Source: Schmidtea polychroa
Lineage: Eukaryota
Length of the DNA: 64,000 bases
Reading direction: 5' to 3'
Assembly: GCA_044892525.1 (NCBI GenBank)
Contig: CM097885.1
Span: forward strand, 234,920,001 to 234,984,000
Below are positions 1-14,012 of this stretch, piece after piece. Both the position numbers and the translations under genes were made by a program. Within the stretch, counting starts at the first letter, position 1; each line of letters starts with the position of its first letter. The notes under the pieces are model-generated. The model saw only the letters and a program-made list of their open reading frames with translations. It made no database searches and was not told the origin of the DNA.

Positions 1-2236
1 GATTTCTATTGCTTTCTTGATTTCTTTGATTTCTTTCTGAATTGTTTGCTTTATTCTAAAATAATTAACACCTCTAGTACATATCATAAATTCTCTTTAT
101 TAAACCCTTCATTTACTTTCCCTTTTCCCTTTATTTTACTGTCCCTTCGCTTCAAATTTTCTAGCTTTTCTACACTTCTCGCTATTCGCCCCATTTTGAT
201 TTTAAGTTGATTTTAAATTATCTATCACTCGTATCAATTATCTATATAGTCGTATCAATTATCTATCCCTTTTATAATTATCATAGAAATATAATATTAA
301 TCACATAAATATCAAAATAAACATATCATTAATAAATAAAATTCAATAATTCAACTACTATCTATTCGTTCGCTTTTCCCCATCCAAAAACTGGTTTAAT
401 TTTCGTTTGCGCCGGCGCTTTATCATAATTCTCCTCTACTCATTACATATTTATCGCACTTAATCTATTTCAGTTTAATCAATTTCATAGTTAATCATTG
501 ATGCTTTGGTTCGCGCGACCTCTACATCCACCTTTATTTACCATCGGCTCTCTGGCCGGTTTGTTCAACTCCTTTATTTTCATTTAAATCATTTCACTCA
601 ATTACCATCGGCTCCTTGGCCGGTTTAATCAACTCATTTTAATCTCATGAAGTCTTTTACGACTCCTAGACGCCTGGGCTTTTACACCATTACGCCATAT
701 AATCTACTATTACCCATCAACGCTTTGGTTTGTTAGACCTCCGCGTCGGCATCGGCTTCCGGCCGGTTTAATCAAAATTGAAGTCTTTTACGACTCCTAG
801 ACGCCTGGGCTTTTACACCATTACGCCGTATTCGCGGTCTTCGGTCCCTGACCGGTTTCAAATGCCCTAAATGAGGTTTCTTCAACCCCCAGACGCCTTC
901 GGTTTTAACACCTACTATCGTCCCTACCGCGATTAAATTGAGTTGACAGTTGACTTTCGGGCTAATCAAAAATTCGAGGCTCCTCCTACTCCAACTCTTA
1001 ATCTGCTGAGGCCTCACAACTGGCTCAATTCTTGGCCGCTTATTGAAAAGAGTCTAATACCGGTAACTCTAATCTCATCGCCGTTTCACTGGGCCTATCG
1101 GTACTCGGTGTGGGCATCCGGGTTTTGTACCGACCCCTGCTAGCAATAATCACGAAGAAAAAACATCCTATCTATCAGGATTTAAAAAACACGGAAATGC
1201 CTAATCGCCTTGATCGTGATTCTCAAAAGTGATGAACCAGATCTCCCGACTAGTGAAGCTAAAAGGAAATTGGGTATGCAGTTGACTCTCGGTCTCCCGC
1301 CTCACAACTGGTCCAATCTTGGTTGCCTGTTGAGTACGAGTCCTTTACCGGTTGACTCGCATCTCACAACCGTTTCACTGGGCTCCTTGATACTCGGTGT
1401 AGGTAACTGGGTCTCTCTCGCTCGCTACCCTTCCGGGTTTTTGTATCAAGTCCCGCTAGCAACTCAAAAAAGTGCGCCCAATACTCGGTGTGGCATCCGG
1501 GTTTTTGTATTGGGTGATCCAGCATCATCAGTCCCTTGGCTGATAATCTCCTGGACACTACAGTCCGGTGGTTAGCCGCTGTACTCGGGTGCCTCATCAC
1601 TCGCTAGGGAAAAATCATTATTCTCATCTGATTTGAAGTCCAAAAACGGTTTCTTCAAATCCGCAGCTGCTCTCGGATTAAATTTTTAGCATTTAGCGCG
1701 CGTTTTTCAATTTTTATTTTATTTTCTATTTTTATTTACCCTTTTAGTCAACCCCAGTCTCCCAGACAAAAAAAATATAATAATCGCGTTCGTTCATTTC
1801 CCACAAGTGGTGATCAGTCACTCGACAGAAACTCCCCAACATTTGCGATGGATCCTACTACATTCTCTTGTCAGGGTGATCAGGATTTCCCCATCCGGGC
1901 AAGTGTCGTAAGGACGATTCACTTGTCATCCCCTCATTGTCGTATCACTCTATGCCAAAATAATAAAACAGGAAGAAAAGAAAATTGGAAGTAAAAATCG
2001 TACTGATCTTATCGATCAGCTCATTCATACGACTATGATCAGTCCTGCATTCAATTTTGATTTTAGTTCTAATTGCTGTGTTGCTTGTCTATTTATTTAA
2101 CGTATTTTGTGTCCTTTATATGTCTATGTTCGTCGTATGTTTTATACCTTTCGGTTGCTATAATGGATTTTTAATATAATTTAATAATTTTATCACTTCA
2201 TATTCATTCACAAGAAATTTATTTGACAACATCTCC

Positions 2237-2719
2237 TTACGGGAGGTATATTACAATTTTCTCTCTAACATTCGTATCGCATACGTTGCATCGTTTAATT
2301 TTCTCTGCGCAATTCTCGCAGTAACATAAATGACCACATGGGATCGTCATTACTCGTATTTCATTGGTTCTGCATATGAAGCATTTTCTAAAATTTTTAA
2401 CTTGATGTTCGATTGCTTCTTTAATTTCTTCTTCGATCGTTTCCATTTTCATCATTATCTCCTGCCATTTGATGTTGAATTTGGCATTATCTAATCGTAA
2501 ATTTTGAATTTGATAGACTCTTTTAGTGGTCAATTCTGCATTAGGTGTTGCTATTTTCATCATTACACATATGTCCTCAGCTTGCGGTCTTGGCTTCAAG
2601 CTCATCTCGTCTTGGATTTTCACCAACTGTTCCGCTTTGCGATTTAGCCGTTGTAACGAATTGTGTGTTAAATCTACGAATTTTTCGAGTCTCTTTGTAA
2701 TGTAGCCGGTTGATTCCAT
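2237..2719 (-). CDS. Coiled-coil + C-terminal IAP/MDM2-type RING finger protein (leader ORF, copy A)
   Basis: CFIC...PCGHLCYCENCAEKIKRCNVC...IYLP C3HC4 pattern at the extreme C-terminus. Intact in both copies. Confidence 0.85.
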   Translation of the reverse strand: MESTGYITKRLEKFVDLTHNSLQRLNRKAEQLVKIQDEMSLKPRPQAEDICVMMKIATPNAELTTKRVYQIQNLRLDNAKFNIKWQEIMMKMETIEEEIKEAIEHQVKNFRKCFICRTNEIRVMTIPCGHLCYCENCAEKIKRCNVCDTNVREKIVIYLP

Positions 2720-3416
2720 CTAAGTAAGATTTATTAATTAAGGTTCCCTTTTTATTAGTATTCCGCGTCATTTTCCCCCTTTATCATTTTCCCCCTAATA
2801 TCCTGAATACCTTATTTTATTAGTGCTTCAATAAACCTTTACATTCTACTTATCACTCTTAACAACCCCGTCTCCCTTGGTTTAATGTTCTATTCCGCGC
2901 AAACTTCTCTCATGTTCTTGTGATTTTATCATAATCGTTTTATAATATATAACCCATATCCCATTCGTTATCGCCCTATTTACACGTTTTCTGATTAAGT
3001 TTAACTACTTTGTTCATTTGGTTTATTTTTATTAGCGTGTTATCCCCCCTTTTTCCCTATTTTTAAATTTTTATTATTTCTTTATATTTACATTTTATTA
3101 ATCGTTAATATTTAAAATTTTTATTATATTTTGTTTTCGTTTTACTTTTCGTTTATTATCATTTCATTCTATTACTACGCTATTCGTACGATATTCTCAT
3201 ACTCACTTTTAATACATTCATATGTTGACACACTTTAAAACTTCAATCACTCATTTAAACATTTCACATACATTTTATCATATTCACATATCCATGTACT
3301 AAGTTTAAGTGTTTGGGAAAACAATTTGCTCAATCTTGAATGCATATTACTTTATATCAGCTTTTACTCTCTCCATTATATCTATTCTCGGGTTCTTTCA
3401 CCAATTAAATTTGCAA

Positions 3417-3434
3417 ATCCCGGCTGAGCCCCCA
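3417..3434 (-). promoter_or_regulatory. Primer-binding site, tRNA-Pro (copy A)
   Basis: Minus strand reads TGGGGGCTCAGCCGGGAT, 16/18 identical to the classical tRNA-Pro PBS TGGGGGCTCGTCCGGGAT, 4 nt after the LTR-terminal CA. Confidence 0.85.
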
Positions 3435-3842
3435 AATTTGTATGGTGGGTTACTGGTGGTTGAATGATTGAGTGCTGTTACCAGCGTAACCCAAAATACA
3501 ACATTGTTTTTCCGCTTGGTACCCGTTGAGTGATCAACGTTGGTACTGTACCAAGGGTTGAGTACCCACAAAAAGTGAGCGCATCAAAGCACTATAATTG
3601 TCGAGTACTCCACGGGTTCACGGACTACCGTTAGAAGGTATGTGTCCGATTTCCTCAGGTCCCCTATTCGAAATTGTTTTCCCAACTCTCAACACCTCGA
3701 TTTTCAGTCACTCAACATTTGCAAACAACATACTTCATACATTAATTTAACTAAGTTTGTATTTAGACATTAACAATAAGCAACAAAAAAAAAAAGGAAA
3801 ACTCAATGTATCTAGCATAAGTGACTGTTCACATCGCGGAAA

Positions 3843-4289
3843 TTACACTGGTGTAGATTTTTCTTGTCGCTCATACTCGGCTAACCTAGCCTTCTTTAAC
3901 TTCTCCCGGATGTTCCGTCCCAACCGCTTTCTTTTGGGTTTCTCTTTCGCGGCCGGAGGGTATATTGCTGCTAGTTCCACAGTCAACGGCCGGATTTGGC
4001 TTATGGCGGCTCCGTGAACTACTTGTTCATTTCGCTCGGTTTCTAGCGCGCGGAGCTGGAGCTTCAGTGCCCGGATCTCCATCTGATCCTGCGCGGCTTG
4101 AGTCTGCAGTTGAAGGACCTGCGCCACCTTCTTTTTCATATCCTCGGGACTAAACCAGGTGCTTTCTAGTTCCCTGCACCGTCCCTTGAGCTTGTCTACT
4201 CGTATGCGGAGCTCCTCGGCCTGTTTTTGGGCTTCTTCCCTGTCCTTTCGCAAATTTTCAAGTAGTTTGAACACTAGATAAAAATTCAA
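3843..4289 (-). CDS. LTR-internal ORF2, coiled-coil with basic C-terminus (copy A; no 5' ATG, possibly a spliced exon)
   Basis: Open and near-identical in protein to 50840-51310; GC-richer than its flanks. Confidence 0.6.
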   Translation of the reverse strand: MNFYLVFKLLENLRKDREEAQKQAEELRIRVDKLKGRCRELESTWFSPEDMKKKVAQVLQLQTQAAQDQMEIRALKLQLRALETERNEQVVHGAAISQIRPLTVELAAIYPPAAKEKPKRKRLGRNIREKLKKARLAEYERQEKSTPV

Positions 4290-4491
4290 TGATTCATTCC
4301 TGCAGCATAACGCTCATTCTATTATATAATAAGATCAATATTATAAATAAACATAGTCTCAGACATTAAGCACGCAATTCATAAGATAATTTATTGAAAG
4401 GAATAAATTTGTTCGTCACTAAAATTAAAGTTTAATTAAGTCATAACTGATGCTAATTGCAAAAAAAAATTTTGATGATGAGTCAGGTCGG

Positions 4492-4848
4492 TCACTTGCG
4501 AGGCCTTCTCCTCTTCCGCGGGGTTGTCTCGGCCTCCTCTAGGTCCTCTACGGTTTTCCCTTCCTTGTTTGCCCGGATTTGCAAGTCGATTTTCCTCAAT
4601 CGCATCTGGGCTGCTTCCACCTCGATGGCCGCTCGGTCACGGGCCTCTTGCAAAAAATCGTTTGTGGGCTCTGTTTTTACCCACGCTGGGGCGTCCGGTT
4701 CCGGCCCACTCCTGATTACTGGGCCCCAGTTGTCGAGGTCCAAGCCCCGGTTCCAATCATGGATACGGTACCATATGTACCGTGTCCGGAGTCGTGTAAG
4801 CATCTGTCGGTCGGCTGCTTCGTTACTATCACTGTCAGAATAGGACAT
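4492..4848 (-). CDS. LTR-internal ORF1, 118 aa with basic NLS/AT-hook-like tail (copy A)
   Basis: ATG start; open in both copies with mostly conservative or synonymous differences. Confidence 0.7.
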   Translation of the reverse strand: MSYSDSDSNEAADRQMLTRLRTRYIWYRIHDWNRGLDLDNWGPVIRSGPEPDAPAWVKTEPTNDFLQEARDRAAIEVEAAQMRLRKIDLQIRANKEGKTVEDLEEAETTPRKRRRPRK

Positions 4849-6027
4849 TTCTACAAAAGAACAATCAAGCCACTTTATACTGATTGTAATACGACGTTAA
4901 ACACAGGATTTTGTTGACCCTTTTTCCCTTTAAGAATTTGAAAATAAAAAGAAATATTTTATTTTAAGACTAACATTTATAATCCTAGGAACCATAGAAT
5001 GAAATTTCATATTTTGTTTACTAATGACCCAAAAAAATTTATCAACCATCCTCTTGTTTTAATTAACTATTTTTCTCTAAATTTGTATTTATCACTAAGT
5101 GAACATTTAAATTATATTTTTTGTATTTTAATTTAAATATTATCACGAATTTAAAATTTCAGGGTTTAAATCTTTTGCCACTAAATTCGGGTACGCTGAG
5201 GCGACAGGTATTAACAACGAGCTTAGCTTCTCGTCTGCTTGCCTTTCCTTCGGTTGTACTCGTCATGAGTGGTATAGTCCGCTTTGATTTGCTTGTAAGT
5301 AGTTCATTTATTAACCATAGCTTTTCGATTTTAGAGATATTTGATGGGAATCTTTCACTTGGATGGAGTGGCCGGTTGTTCAAAGCCTTAAAGGAATCTT
5401 ATGTGACTCTGTGTTGGTATTTTTAGTCTGATTTGTATCTAGTAATGTTAGAAGTTTTGTTGACTAATTTAATTTAGCATGTTCTTTTGTTAATCGCTTT
5501 TGATTTTTTGTAAAATAATTTTTTGTCATTTATTGATAATTCGTGCGGCTGATTCCGTGGAGTCCCATGGTTGGTATCGATTGGCTCAATGTATTCCTAG
5601 TGTCTTCGATGAATTGGTTTGAGTTAATGTAGGTTTTACTCGACTTTTAGTTCTGGGGACGCTAAGTTAACTAAGATATCCATCTCTGACAAGCCTGGGT
5701 TAAATTAACTTATTAGATACGTATAGCTACCTACGTTTACTCATATATCTATATATATGCATCTACTCATGTTCCTATCTAATTAATAGTCCTAGCATTT
5801 TCTCAGAGAGGGGGGGGGGGGGTTACTAAAAATAGATTTTTGGACTTACGTTCATTTTTATTGGAGCAAAGGGGTAGGTTCTAAATTTAGTCGTGGAGGG
5901 AAATCCTAAATCGATAATTCCATCGATTTTTGGAAATTAATAATGAAATAATAGTAATAATAATACTGATAATCATACGGTTGATAAGAATAACACTAGG
6001 AAGAGTGATCCTAGTAATAATTATAAT

Positions 6028-6075
6028 GATAATAATAATGACAATAATAATAATAATGATATTAATAATAATAAC

Positions 6076-6129
<54 letters not shown>

Positions 6130-6130
6130 G

Positions 6131-6191
<61 letters not shown>

Positions 6192-6199
6192 TAATAATA

Positions 6200-6238
<39 letters not shown>
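6028..6238. repeat. (AAT)n microsatellite inside LTR A
   Basis: Direct reading; degenerate counterpart at about 49430-49750 in LTR B. Confidence 0.95.
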
Positions 6239-6239
<1 letters not shown>

Positions 6240-9200
6240 GAGTATGTATATAGTTTATAATTTAAAATTTTTAGATTAAAGTTAATACTTTCATAACCAA
6301 AATTTATATTTTATAGCTGAAATTTATACTTTATGTTTAAAATTTTTGAATAAATTTATATTATATAGTTGGAATTTATATTTCATATTTAGAATTTTGG
6401 TTTAATTTATATTTCATAGTTGAAATTTATGTTTTATATTTAAAATTTTTGATTTTAAAACTTTGACTTGCAGTTGAGGTTCATGCTAAAAATTCATATC
6501 TAATTATTAAATTTAATAAAACTTTCATGTAACGATCTGTAATTTATGGTTTTGTAAGCAATTTTTACCCATGACAATTTAGAATTCCTACCTTTACGAT
6601 CAAAATTGATGTATTTAGGTATAAAGTACTTTCGCAATTTTAATTTATATTTCTAATTATCTATAATTCATAAAAATTTCCATCTATTTCTGTAACAGCA
6701 TTTATCTACAGCTACTGGTAATTCCCATTTTCAGCGACGAATTTATCCATAACCATCCTTTAGAAGGGCCCAACTATAACTATTCTTCAACACTTCATAA
6801 GATTATGACGGGATTCTATGTTCTAAAGGTATATGATTCGTATTCAGCTAATTGCATTTAATGAAAAATCCAAGCCCTGCCAATACATCTATCGAACCTT
6901 AGTTACGAACTAGATCATTATGAAAATTCTTTACTTTATTCAAAAAATTTATCTAGGTTCGACAATGTATGGGCAGAGTCAATTTTTAGGAACTCAACCG
7001 TCTATACTAAGTGTGATTTGTTGAATTTTAGGTATGAGATCTACTCAATTTACCAACCTTAGGGTATTTTTTGTATCACTGATTTTAAATGTTGAATTTA
7101 AATATGTATTACATAAAAGGTCGGGAAGAATATTGCTTCCATGGCCCCACTGTGACCACTTCCACAAACCTTAGTGTTGAGTGTCGAGTCAACCATTTAC
7201 GGTCGACCTTACATAAATACGAAGAGTCAGACGGAGGTTTTCCTCGACCTAACTCCATGGCAGGACCATGAAGTAGTTCGACCTCCGAATGACCCGAACA
7301 CAAAAAGAGCCGTATAATAAGTGATTAATATAATATAAATAATGTATGTGTGCATGTACTATGAGGATATTAACAAAATCGAATGCAGGACTGAACAACG
7401 ACGCAGGAATACCGGTACGCCGTTGAACCTTCGTACATCAACAAAAATTTTAGAAACAAAAATCAAATATGGAATACTTTAATTTTAAGTAAATCATAAC
7501 TACATAAAAAAAAATTTCAATCAAATCTACTTACTCTGTAGGTCGGAAAAATTTTGTTCAAAATTTGGCATAAAAATAATACTAAATACTGACTGAAACG
7601 TGTCAGTATATATACCTATTTAGTACACGTGTATGTATTGATGCATTAAAACAAACTCGAATTCTTTTTATTCCAGAATTTTCTATTTTACGATTTTGCT
7701 ATTTTTAATGGCAATTTTTGTGCCCTAATTTTTGTTTTTATTTTTATATTTTTATTTTTTAATTATTTTTCATTAATTTTACGTCCATGATGGATTTGGA
7801 ACGGTTCCAGAACATTCTATTTTACTTTTAATTTAATTTTTATTTTAACTGATGTTTTTATGAATTCTTTTTGAGATTTTTTATTTTTAATACTAATTTA
7901 TTTATTTTCCTTAACTTTTGTTGTTCTAGATAACTTTTGTGATGGTCATCGCCATTTTTATAGAATGTTCTGGGTTTTTCTGGAATGTTTTACTGTTTTT
8001 ATCGTCTTTTAAGTTATTCGAGTCTGTTTTTTGTAACTCTGTGTTTATTTGGTTATTTTTGAGTTAGATTTTTGCATCACTTCTTGCTTTTGTATAATTT
8101 TGTTTAATTTCTTTGTTTATGTTTTTGTTGCTTTCTCCTTTAGTTAATATTGTTTATTTGGTGTAGGTTTTAATATTTAACTATACTTGGTGCTTTTTTA
8201 CTTGCTGTGTACCTACGCGTTTCAGTCACAATCAGTATTTTGGGTCTAGAAATCAGTTCTAGCCCAACAATATTGTATTTATCATTAGAAGTTTATTTTT
8301 CAGACAAAACTTTCAAGTTTCCGATCACTCCATACATTTTTGAAAGTAACATTTTACTGCAGTCGATATTATCGGTGCAAATTTCATCTTCTGAAACAGA
8401 AAATATAGCTCTCATTTGAATATTTGCACTTTCTTCAAAATCCGGGTTTTTTCATAATGCACTTTTCCTTTGCACAGTTTCATGACAATGTTCTTTCCAC
8501 TGTGTTATTTTATCCATTTACCATTCTAAATTTATCAAAGTTGTTTTCACTACTTTTTTTATGATAATTTCGGAATGGAACTAACAAAAAAAATTATGAA
8601 AAAATATTTAAAAATTTTTATCTGTTAAAATATAAGTGAACCAAACAAATTGAGTTATAATGATAAATTTCGTTTATATTAAAGAGGCAAAATTCTATGA
8701 AAACTAATTTATTAAAAAACCTTTGTAAATGATAACGTATATTTTCTTGTCACAAAGATTATATATAAAGAATTTCTATATCTATTGTGTTTTACTGTCA
8801 TTTTTTCCAAAAGTAAAAGTCTTACAGCAAACATATGCAAATCTAATTGCAGTATTAATTTTAACAATATCCAAATTAAAATATGTTGACATGGAGAACG
8901 AATGACTTTCTAAGTTTAGGTGTTGTCGCGGGGGGAGCTACCCTCACAGAAAACTGATAATTGGAAAAATAGGATAATAGTAAAATCCACATAGCGTAAC
9001 ATTTTATTCCAATTAAAAATCTGTTCCAAGTTAGTTGAATTGATCTTTTTGCTATTGCCGCTGGATTTGTTGTTTACTGTCAAATCTGCATACGGTGGAG
9101 TTTTGTCTGTTGCTGCTGGTAAAGGAGTAATGTTGTTTGTTTGAAAAGCTTAAATTTTCTATTTCTTCTTTTCTTCTTCTGCATTTTGAAAAGTTTCCTC

Positions 9201-11842
9201 GCGCTTCTTTAAACAAACTTAAAAAATATTTAATTAATTTTAAAATAATTAAACTAAATAAAATAATAATGCGAAGGCACTACAAGTGTAAAATATGTTT
9301 AAAATTTTGCAAAAAATATCATAATTTATAAAATAAAAATAAAAATAAAAATTTGAAAATATTCAAAGTATTTACAAAATTAGCATATAAATTTAACCAA
9401 TTGCCATTAATTTGAAATTATTGGCATATTCTGTTTCGCTCGTCTGAAATTGCCGTTGCTTCTTTGTTGACAAAATTTATCATATTGTATAGTAGATCCA
9501 GATATATTCAGAAGAGGGATTTGCTTATGATGAAGAGTTCTTGTCGTCCAATTGAACTTTCACTAGTTGACACCTGTTTCGTGCAAATATTTCTATTAGA
9601 CTGGTTTCTTGGACTGATGTTAATGGATGTTCACCTTGTCTGGAATGTGTGGCAGTAAATCTACCATGCATTCCTAATCTGTTTGATAAACCATGATATC
9701 CACATAGTTGTTGAAATTCTAATCAGTGTTGCACTTGATTTTATCCTATACTAATCGCCCTTTATCATCGGTAATAGTAATTTTATTCTTTTTTCCTGTA
9801 TCTACTATTTGAAGAACACTTAATCTACTACTTAATGTTAACGTCAAACAAATTTCATTCAGAATTAATCAGAATAAAGAAATATGAGTGTATTTTGAAG
9901 AATTTCAAATACAACATTTTCTTGCATGTTTATAAGTTTCTTTACACTGATCATCTATGACAAATGAAGCACATCTCAATTTGTAAATGAAATCTAAACA
10001 GTTCTTTATTTCATTGACGGAAATTGTTTCTTCACTGAGATTTATCTCTTTGGCATTTGAGCTAAAATTAAAAAATCCAGATTCAGAAAAACCAACTCAA
10101 ACTAAATTCAAAAATTCATTTTACCAAAATAAGTTTCAATTCTGAATATTTAAACAATTCTAAAATTAAAATAAAACTACACAAACACAAAATTCATTCA
10201 TTTATAAATCTAAAATTTTACATTATACAAATATACATTCGTTAATTCTTTTTACCATGTCCAATTCACAGTAAAATGTTAAATAAATTACACCAGTTTG
10301 CGAAATATAACAGAGCCTATAATCTAAAAATAATCAATAAATATATATTATAGGAACACACAAACTTACCTGTGTGTAAAAATTTATAATTCTGCGAAAG
10401 TTAACATATTTATTATAGGAATCTAAAAAGTGAGACAAAATAATTAAGCATACAAACTCAGTACACATAATGAAAAATACATACAAAATTAATAAAGTGT
10501 TTTTTTTGAGAAATAACCATTGATTAACATATAATTAACTTATAAATATTTTCAAATTATTTAAAAAGTTATGCACAAAAAAACTTTTGAATCAGATTCC
10601 GACTGCTCTACCTTGAGCTTTAGAGAAAAAGAAGAAAATACATCGTAAGATTTAATTATAAAATAATTTAGAATATAAAATTTCTTTAGATTTACAGATA
10701 TTGAAGAAGGTCCTTCGACATCTTTGAATTTGCAGGAAAAAATTCGCAAATCGTAAATTTTAATAAATTATTTTAACAAATTAATATTTTCATAGAATTA
10801 CAGAAAAAGACAAAATTCGAAAGAAGATTACAAAAATTTAAAAAACTATTTTATCCATTCTTTCCTAAATGTCTTAAAAAAATAAATGTTTGGTGAATAC
10901 TTTTTTTTATTTATAATTATAAAAATATCTAACTTACATTTTTACGAAATAAATCCAAATAAAATATCATAAAATTCCTAAAAAACACCTGAAATTTAAT
11001 AATAAATATGTTATATTATAAATGATGACTAACAGTAATATTTAAGAACTTGAATAATGATCTCATAATTATATAAAATCAAAATTCAAGTCCTAAAAAT
11101 TACTTTAATTCAAAAACTTACCTTAAAACGATTTTTGAAAAATTGAATAAATGAAATTAAGTTAACATTGTCATATAATTGGTGACTCACCTCAACTGGT
11201 GTGCACACCAACGTATATGTTAACTTTCGCAAACGGGTGTATTCACCTATGGTGACAATAAATAAGGTAAGTTCTTTCTGATTATTAACATGGCCAAAGT
11301 CTTTGGTCAAAAGATAGCCAAATGATGAAAAAATTGATGTTGAAAAAAATTTCAAATGTTCATATGATATTATTAAATTTTTAATTAAATGAAATTGATG
11401 TATGAAATTTATCTTTATCAAAATGAAATTATATGTACTGAGAACACTTTTAATACACAATATGATCAAAGCAGCTGCGCTCCTGTACATGCGTAGATTA
11501 CAGGGAACTCTAATGTTCACTGCTATAAAAACAGATAAGATTCTGCAAATATATTTCGGTAAGTTTTTTTCATTAGAAAAAACATTTTTGAAAAACCTTA
11601 ATTGATATTTAAGTGAAAATTAAAACTTCAATTTCCAGTTATCAATCAAATACAGTGTCCATACATTTTATGAAACCCATAAAATATATTTACAATAATT
11701 TTATCCATTTTCTTTTAGAACAATGAAAATTACAAATTACAAATTTAAATAGATATAAAATTAATTATGAATATATTTCAATAAATAATGTGTACTTAAC
11801 ATTTAATTGTTTAAATACTCTCAGATTGAATGACGGTTTTAA

Positions 11843-12074
11843 CCCTTTCGCACCGACTTTCCGCTAATGACACTATGCTAAATTTATATATTGGAACTTG
11901 TTAATATTGACCTAAATATGAAATATTCTCATTTTTGTAATCGTGGCGCTTCTGAATATCCTAGAAAGTCCTGGGATAATAAGTCCCAATAGGCTTTTAT
12001 GGACCATTCAAAATATCCCAGTAGGATCATGATGAAAGTTTCTGGGACGTATTGTCCCAATAGGGGCGAAAGGG
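11843..12074. mobile_element. Non-autonomous piggyBac-type MITE (232 bp)
   Basis: TTAA|CCCTTTCGC ... GCGAAAGGG|TTAA: TIR plus TTAA target duplication. Confidence 0.85.
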
Positions 12075-13149
12075 TTAAAGATTTCTTTGAAATTTTGTAG
12101 ATATCAATTTTAATTGAGAAATAATCGTATATTATTTGCGTATTTCTAAAATGGTCAATTTTTATGTTTCCGTGATCAAGATATAAATAAGTAAATATAT
12201 AAATAAATATACTTATCCTTGAAAGCACTACAACTATTATTCAATGTTTCTGGCCACTCAAAAGACCTTAAGCATAATTTTCTGATAGTTGCCAGTTCAG
12301 TTTTTGCCACCGAACACGACTTCGGTGATTCTCCGAACAGATCAGGAAGTTATTGCTGGTTTCAAAAATTATATACGCACTTTTTTGTCGGTGTTTTGAA
12401 GCACGTTAGTTCTCCTTAACAATGATATTAAGAAAGTTTCGGAAAGAAAAATTTGAGCTTATAATAGAATGTGAAGATAAACTGATGATAGAAATGTTCC
12501 AGGAACTCTAAGAACACTAAGGAGCTAAACAACATGCGTCTCTTTCTGAAAAAGGAGATCATAGAGGAACAATCAACTATTAAAGGAGGTTTCAACCTAT
12601 TTTGTTGTGCGTCATTTTCTACACAATTTGTCTATTTCAAAATTGATAGCTTTAGCTTTTTCATTAAATTGTCATTTCATTCGTTTTATCATGTGGTCAT
12701 TTTAATTTTTTTTCTTTTTTATATAATTTCTTGTTTTTTTCACTACATTATTTTAAAGTTTGAGTTCATTTACATATCTCAAATTTTAGCCATGCTTAAG
12801 GTATGTGTTCAAACTTTTCCCTTGAAAACTGCGTTGAAAATTTTTCCGGTGCTATTTTGATGACAAAACTAATTGGAGAAAGCTTATTAAATTAATAATG
12901 GTGCAAATTAGAGAAAAACAAAAAACTTTAAAATTTTCAATTCTTAAGGTCCACACGACTCTAGCAACTACTGACCTTTGTTGAAGTTGTGACCCAAAGG
13001 ATGAGAACTACTAGAATGCGGTATGTTTATTAAAACTTCTTAAAAGCCATTACTCATTAAGTTAAATTATTATTAAAATTAGTATTATTAACCAAGTAAA
13101 TGAAAAAATAAGCCTTTGCAGCTAAACATTTATGTAAAAATTTTGCAGC

Positions 13150-14012
13150 AAATACTTATTTTTTCCGCCACATTTGTGTCGACCGAAATGATGTCGTATT
13201 ATCAATCACCAGCTCATCAGGGGAACCTCGTTCTCTAAAGATCTGTTAAAGATTCCGTGTAATGGTTTCCGCGTCTTCACCTTTTATTTCTCTCCAGAGA
13301 GCAAAACGACACGGTCCACAATCAATCATAGTTAAATAAAGCTTACTTAGATAGTGTGTAACACCATAGCCAGTCTCTTCCAAGTCTCCTTAACGCTTAA
13401 CTCTCCATGCTCCCATTTTACAGGCGCCGGATCGATAGATTGAGATTCTGAACATTCAATAATTATAGCCTTTACATCCTCAAGTGTAACGTCCGGGCAA
13501 AGTTGCTTTACAAAACACGTCTTCTTGGCACCGAAATGGTGCTGTCTATGACTTTCTCGTAACACTTGGCTCACAACAGCAACGGTGCTTGCAGTTGGTT
13601 CGACACACGATTTAACCCATGTCAGCCATGTATTACTGACTCTTGTGAGTGCATCTGCTTTGTTTTTATCTGTCGGTACAAACTCAACCGAGATCGTTAA
13701 GTCATAGCTTTTTCGTAATTCACAAATGATCTGCAGACGTCTTCGGACTAGCATCTCAGCAATTCCATGAGTTCAGATTCTGGCAGTATCCATTAAAACT
13801 GAATCTATCCAACTCATGACGGTAGCGTAATCTGTTACTGCAACTAAGTTGCTTCTTTCCCAGCTAATGGCTAAGTTAATTCCCTTTATCTAACTCTGCA
13901 AAGTTTATATGGGCAAAATCGTTTTTCTTCCTCATCCATGATGCACCTTCCACGATTTTTCCTGATATTTCTAACACAACTCCTAATGCCAGATTGCTCG
14001 CAACGCACCAGA
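13150..14012 (-). pseudogene. Decayed gypsy pol fragment (RNase H - integrase N-terminus)
   Basis: VPTDKNKADALTR (RNase H end), H...HFG zinc-finger remnant, W..LA, frameshifts downstream. Confidence 0.75.

Larger units (their letters stand above)
1..8269 (-). mobile_element. Giant gypsy-type LTR retrotransposon, copy A (5' LTR + PBS + leader; continues off the left edge)
   Basis: Reverse complement of 1-8269 aligns with 47385-55152. It starts TGTTGGGCTAGAACTG on the minus strand at 8269 and shares the same ORF set and PBS as copy B. Confidence 0.93.
3439..8269 (-). repeat. 5' LTR of copy A (~4.8 kb)
   Basis: TG...CA termini, PBS directly downstream, homology to 47385-51712 ending sharply at the TG. 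Confidence 0.8.

Noticed and set aside
772..1600. Short ORFs in the leader repeats (and mirror ORFs 53553-54381)
   Set aside because: They overlap on both strands and have no motifs. Their sharing between copies reflects near-identical DNA, not coding constraint.
5930..6253. Poly-Ile/Tyr ORFs (also 19651, 20626, 42813, 49391-49812)
   Set aside because: They are translations of (AAT)n, (TAT)n or (TA)n microsatellites.
8270..11600. Possible host-gene exons or pseudogene
   Set aside because: Some coding-like patches and splice-like sites, but frames contain stops and I recognise no protein family.
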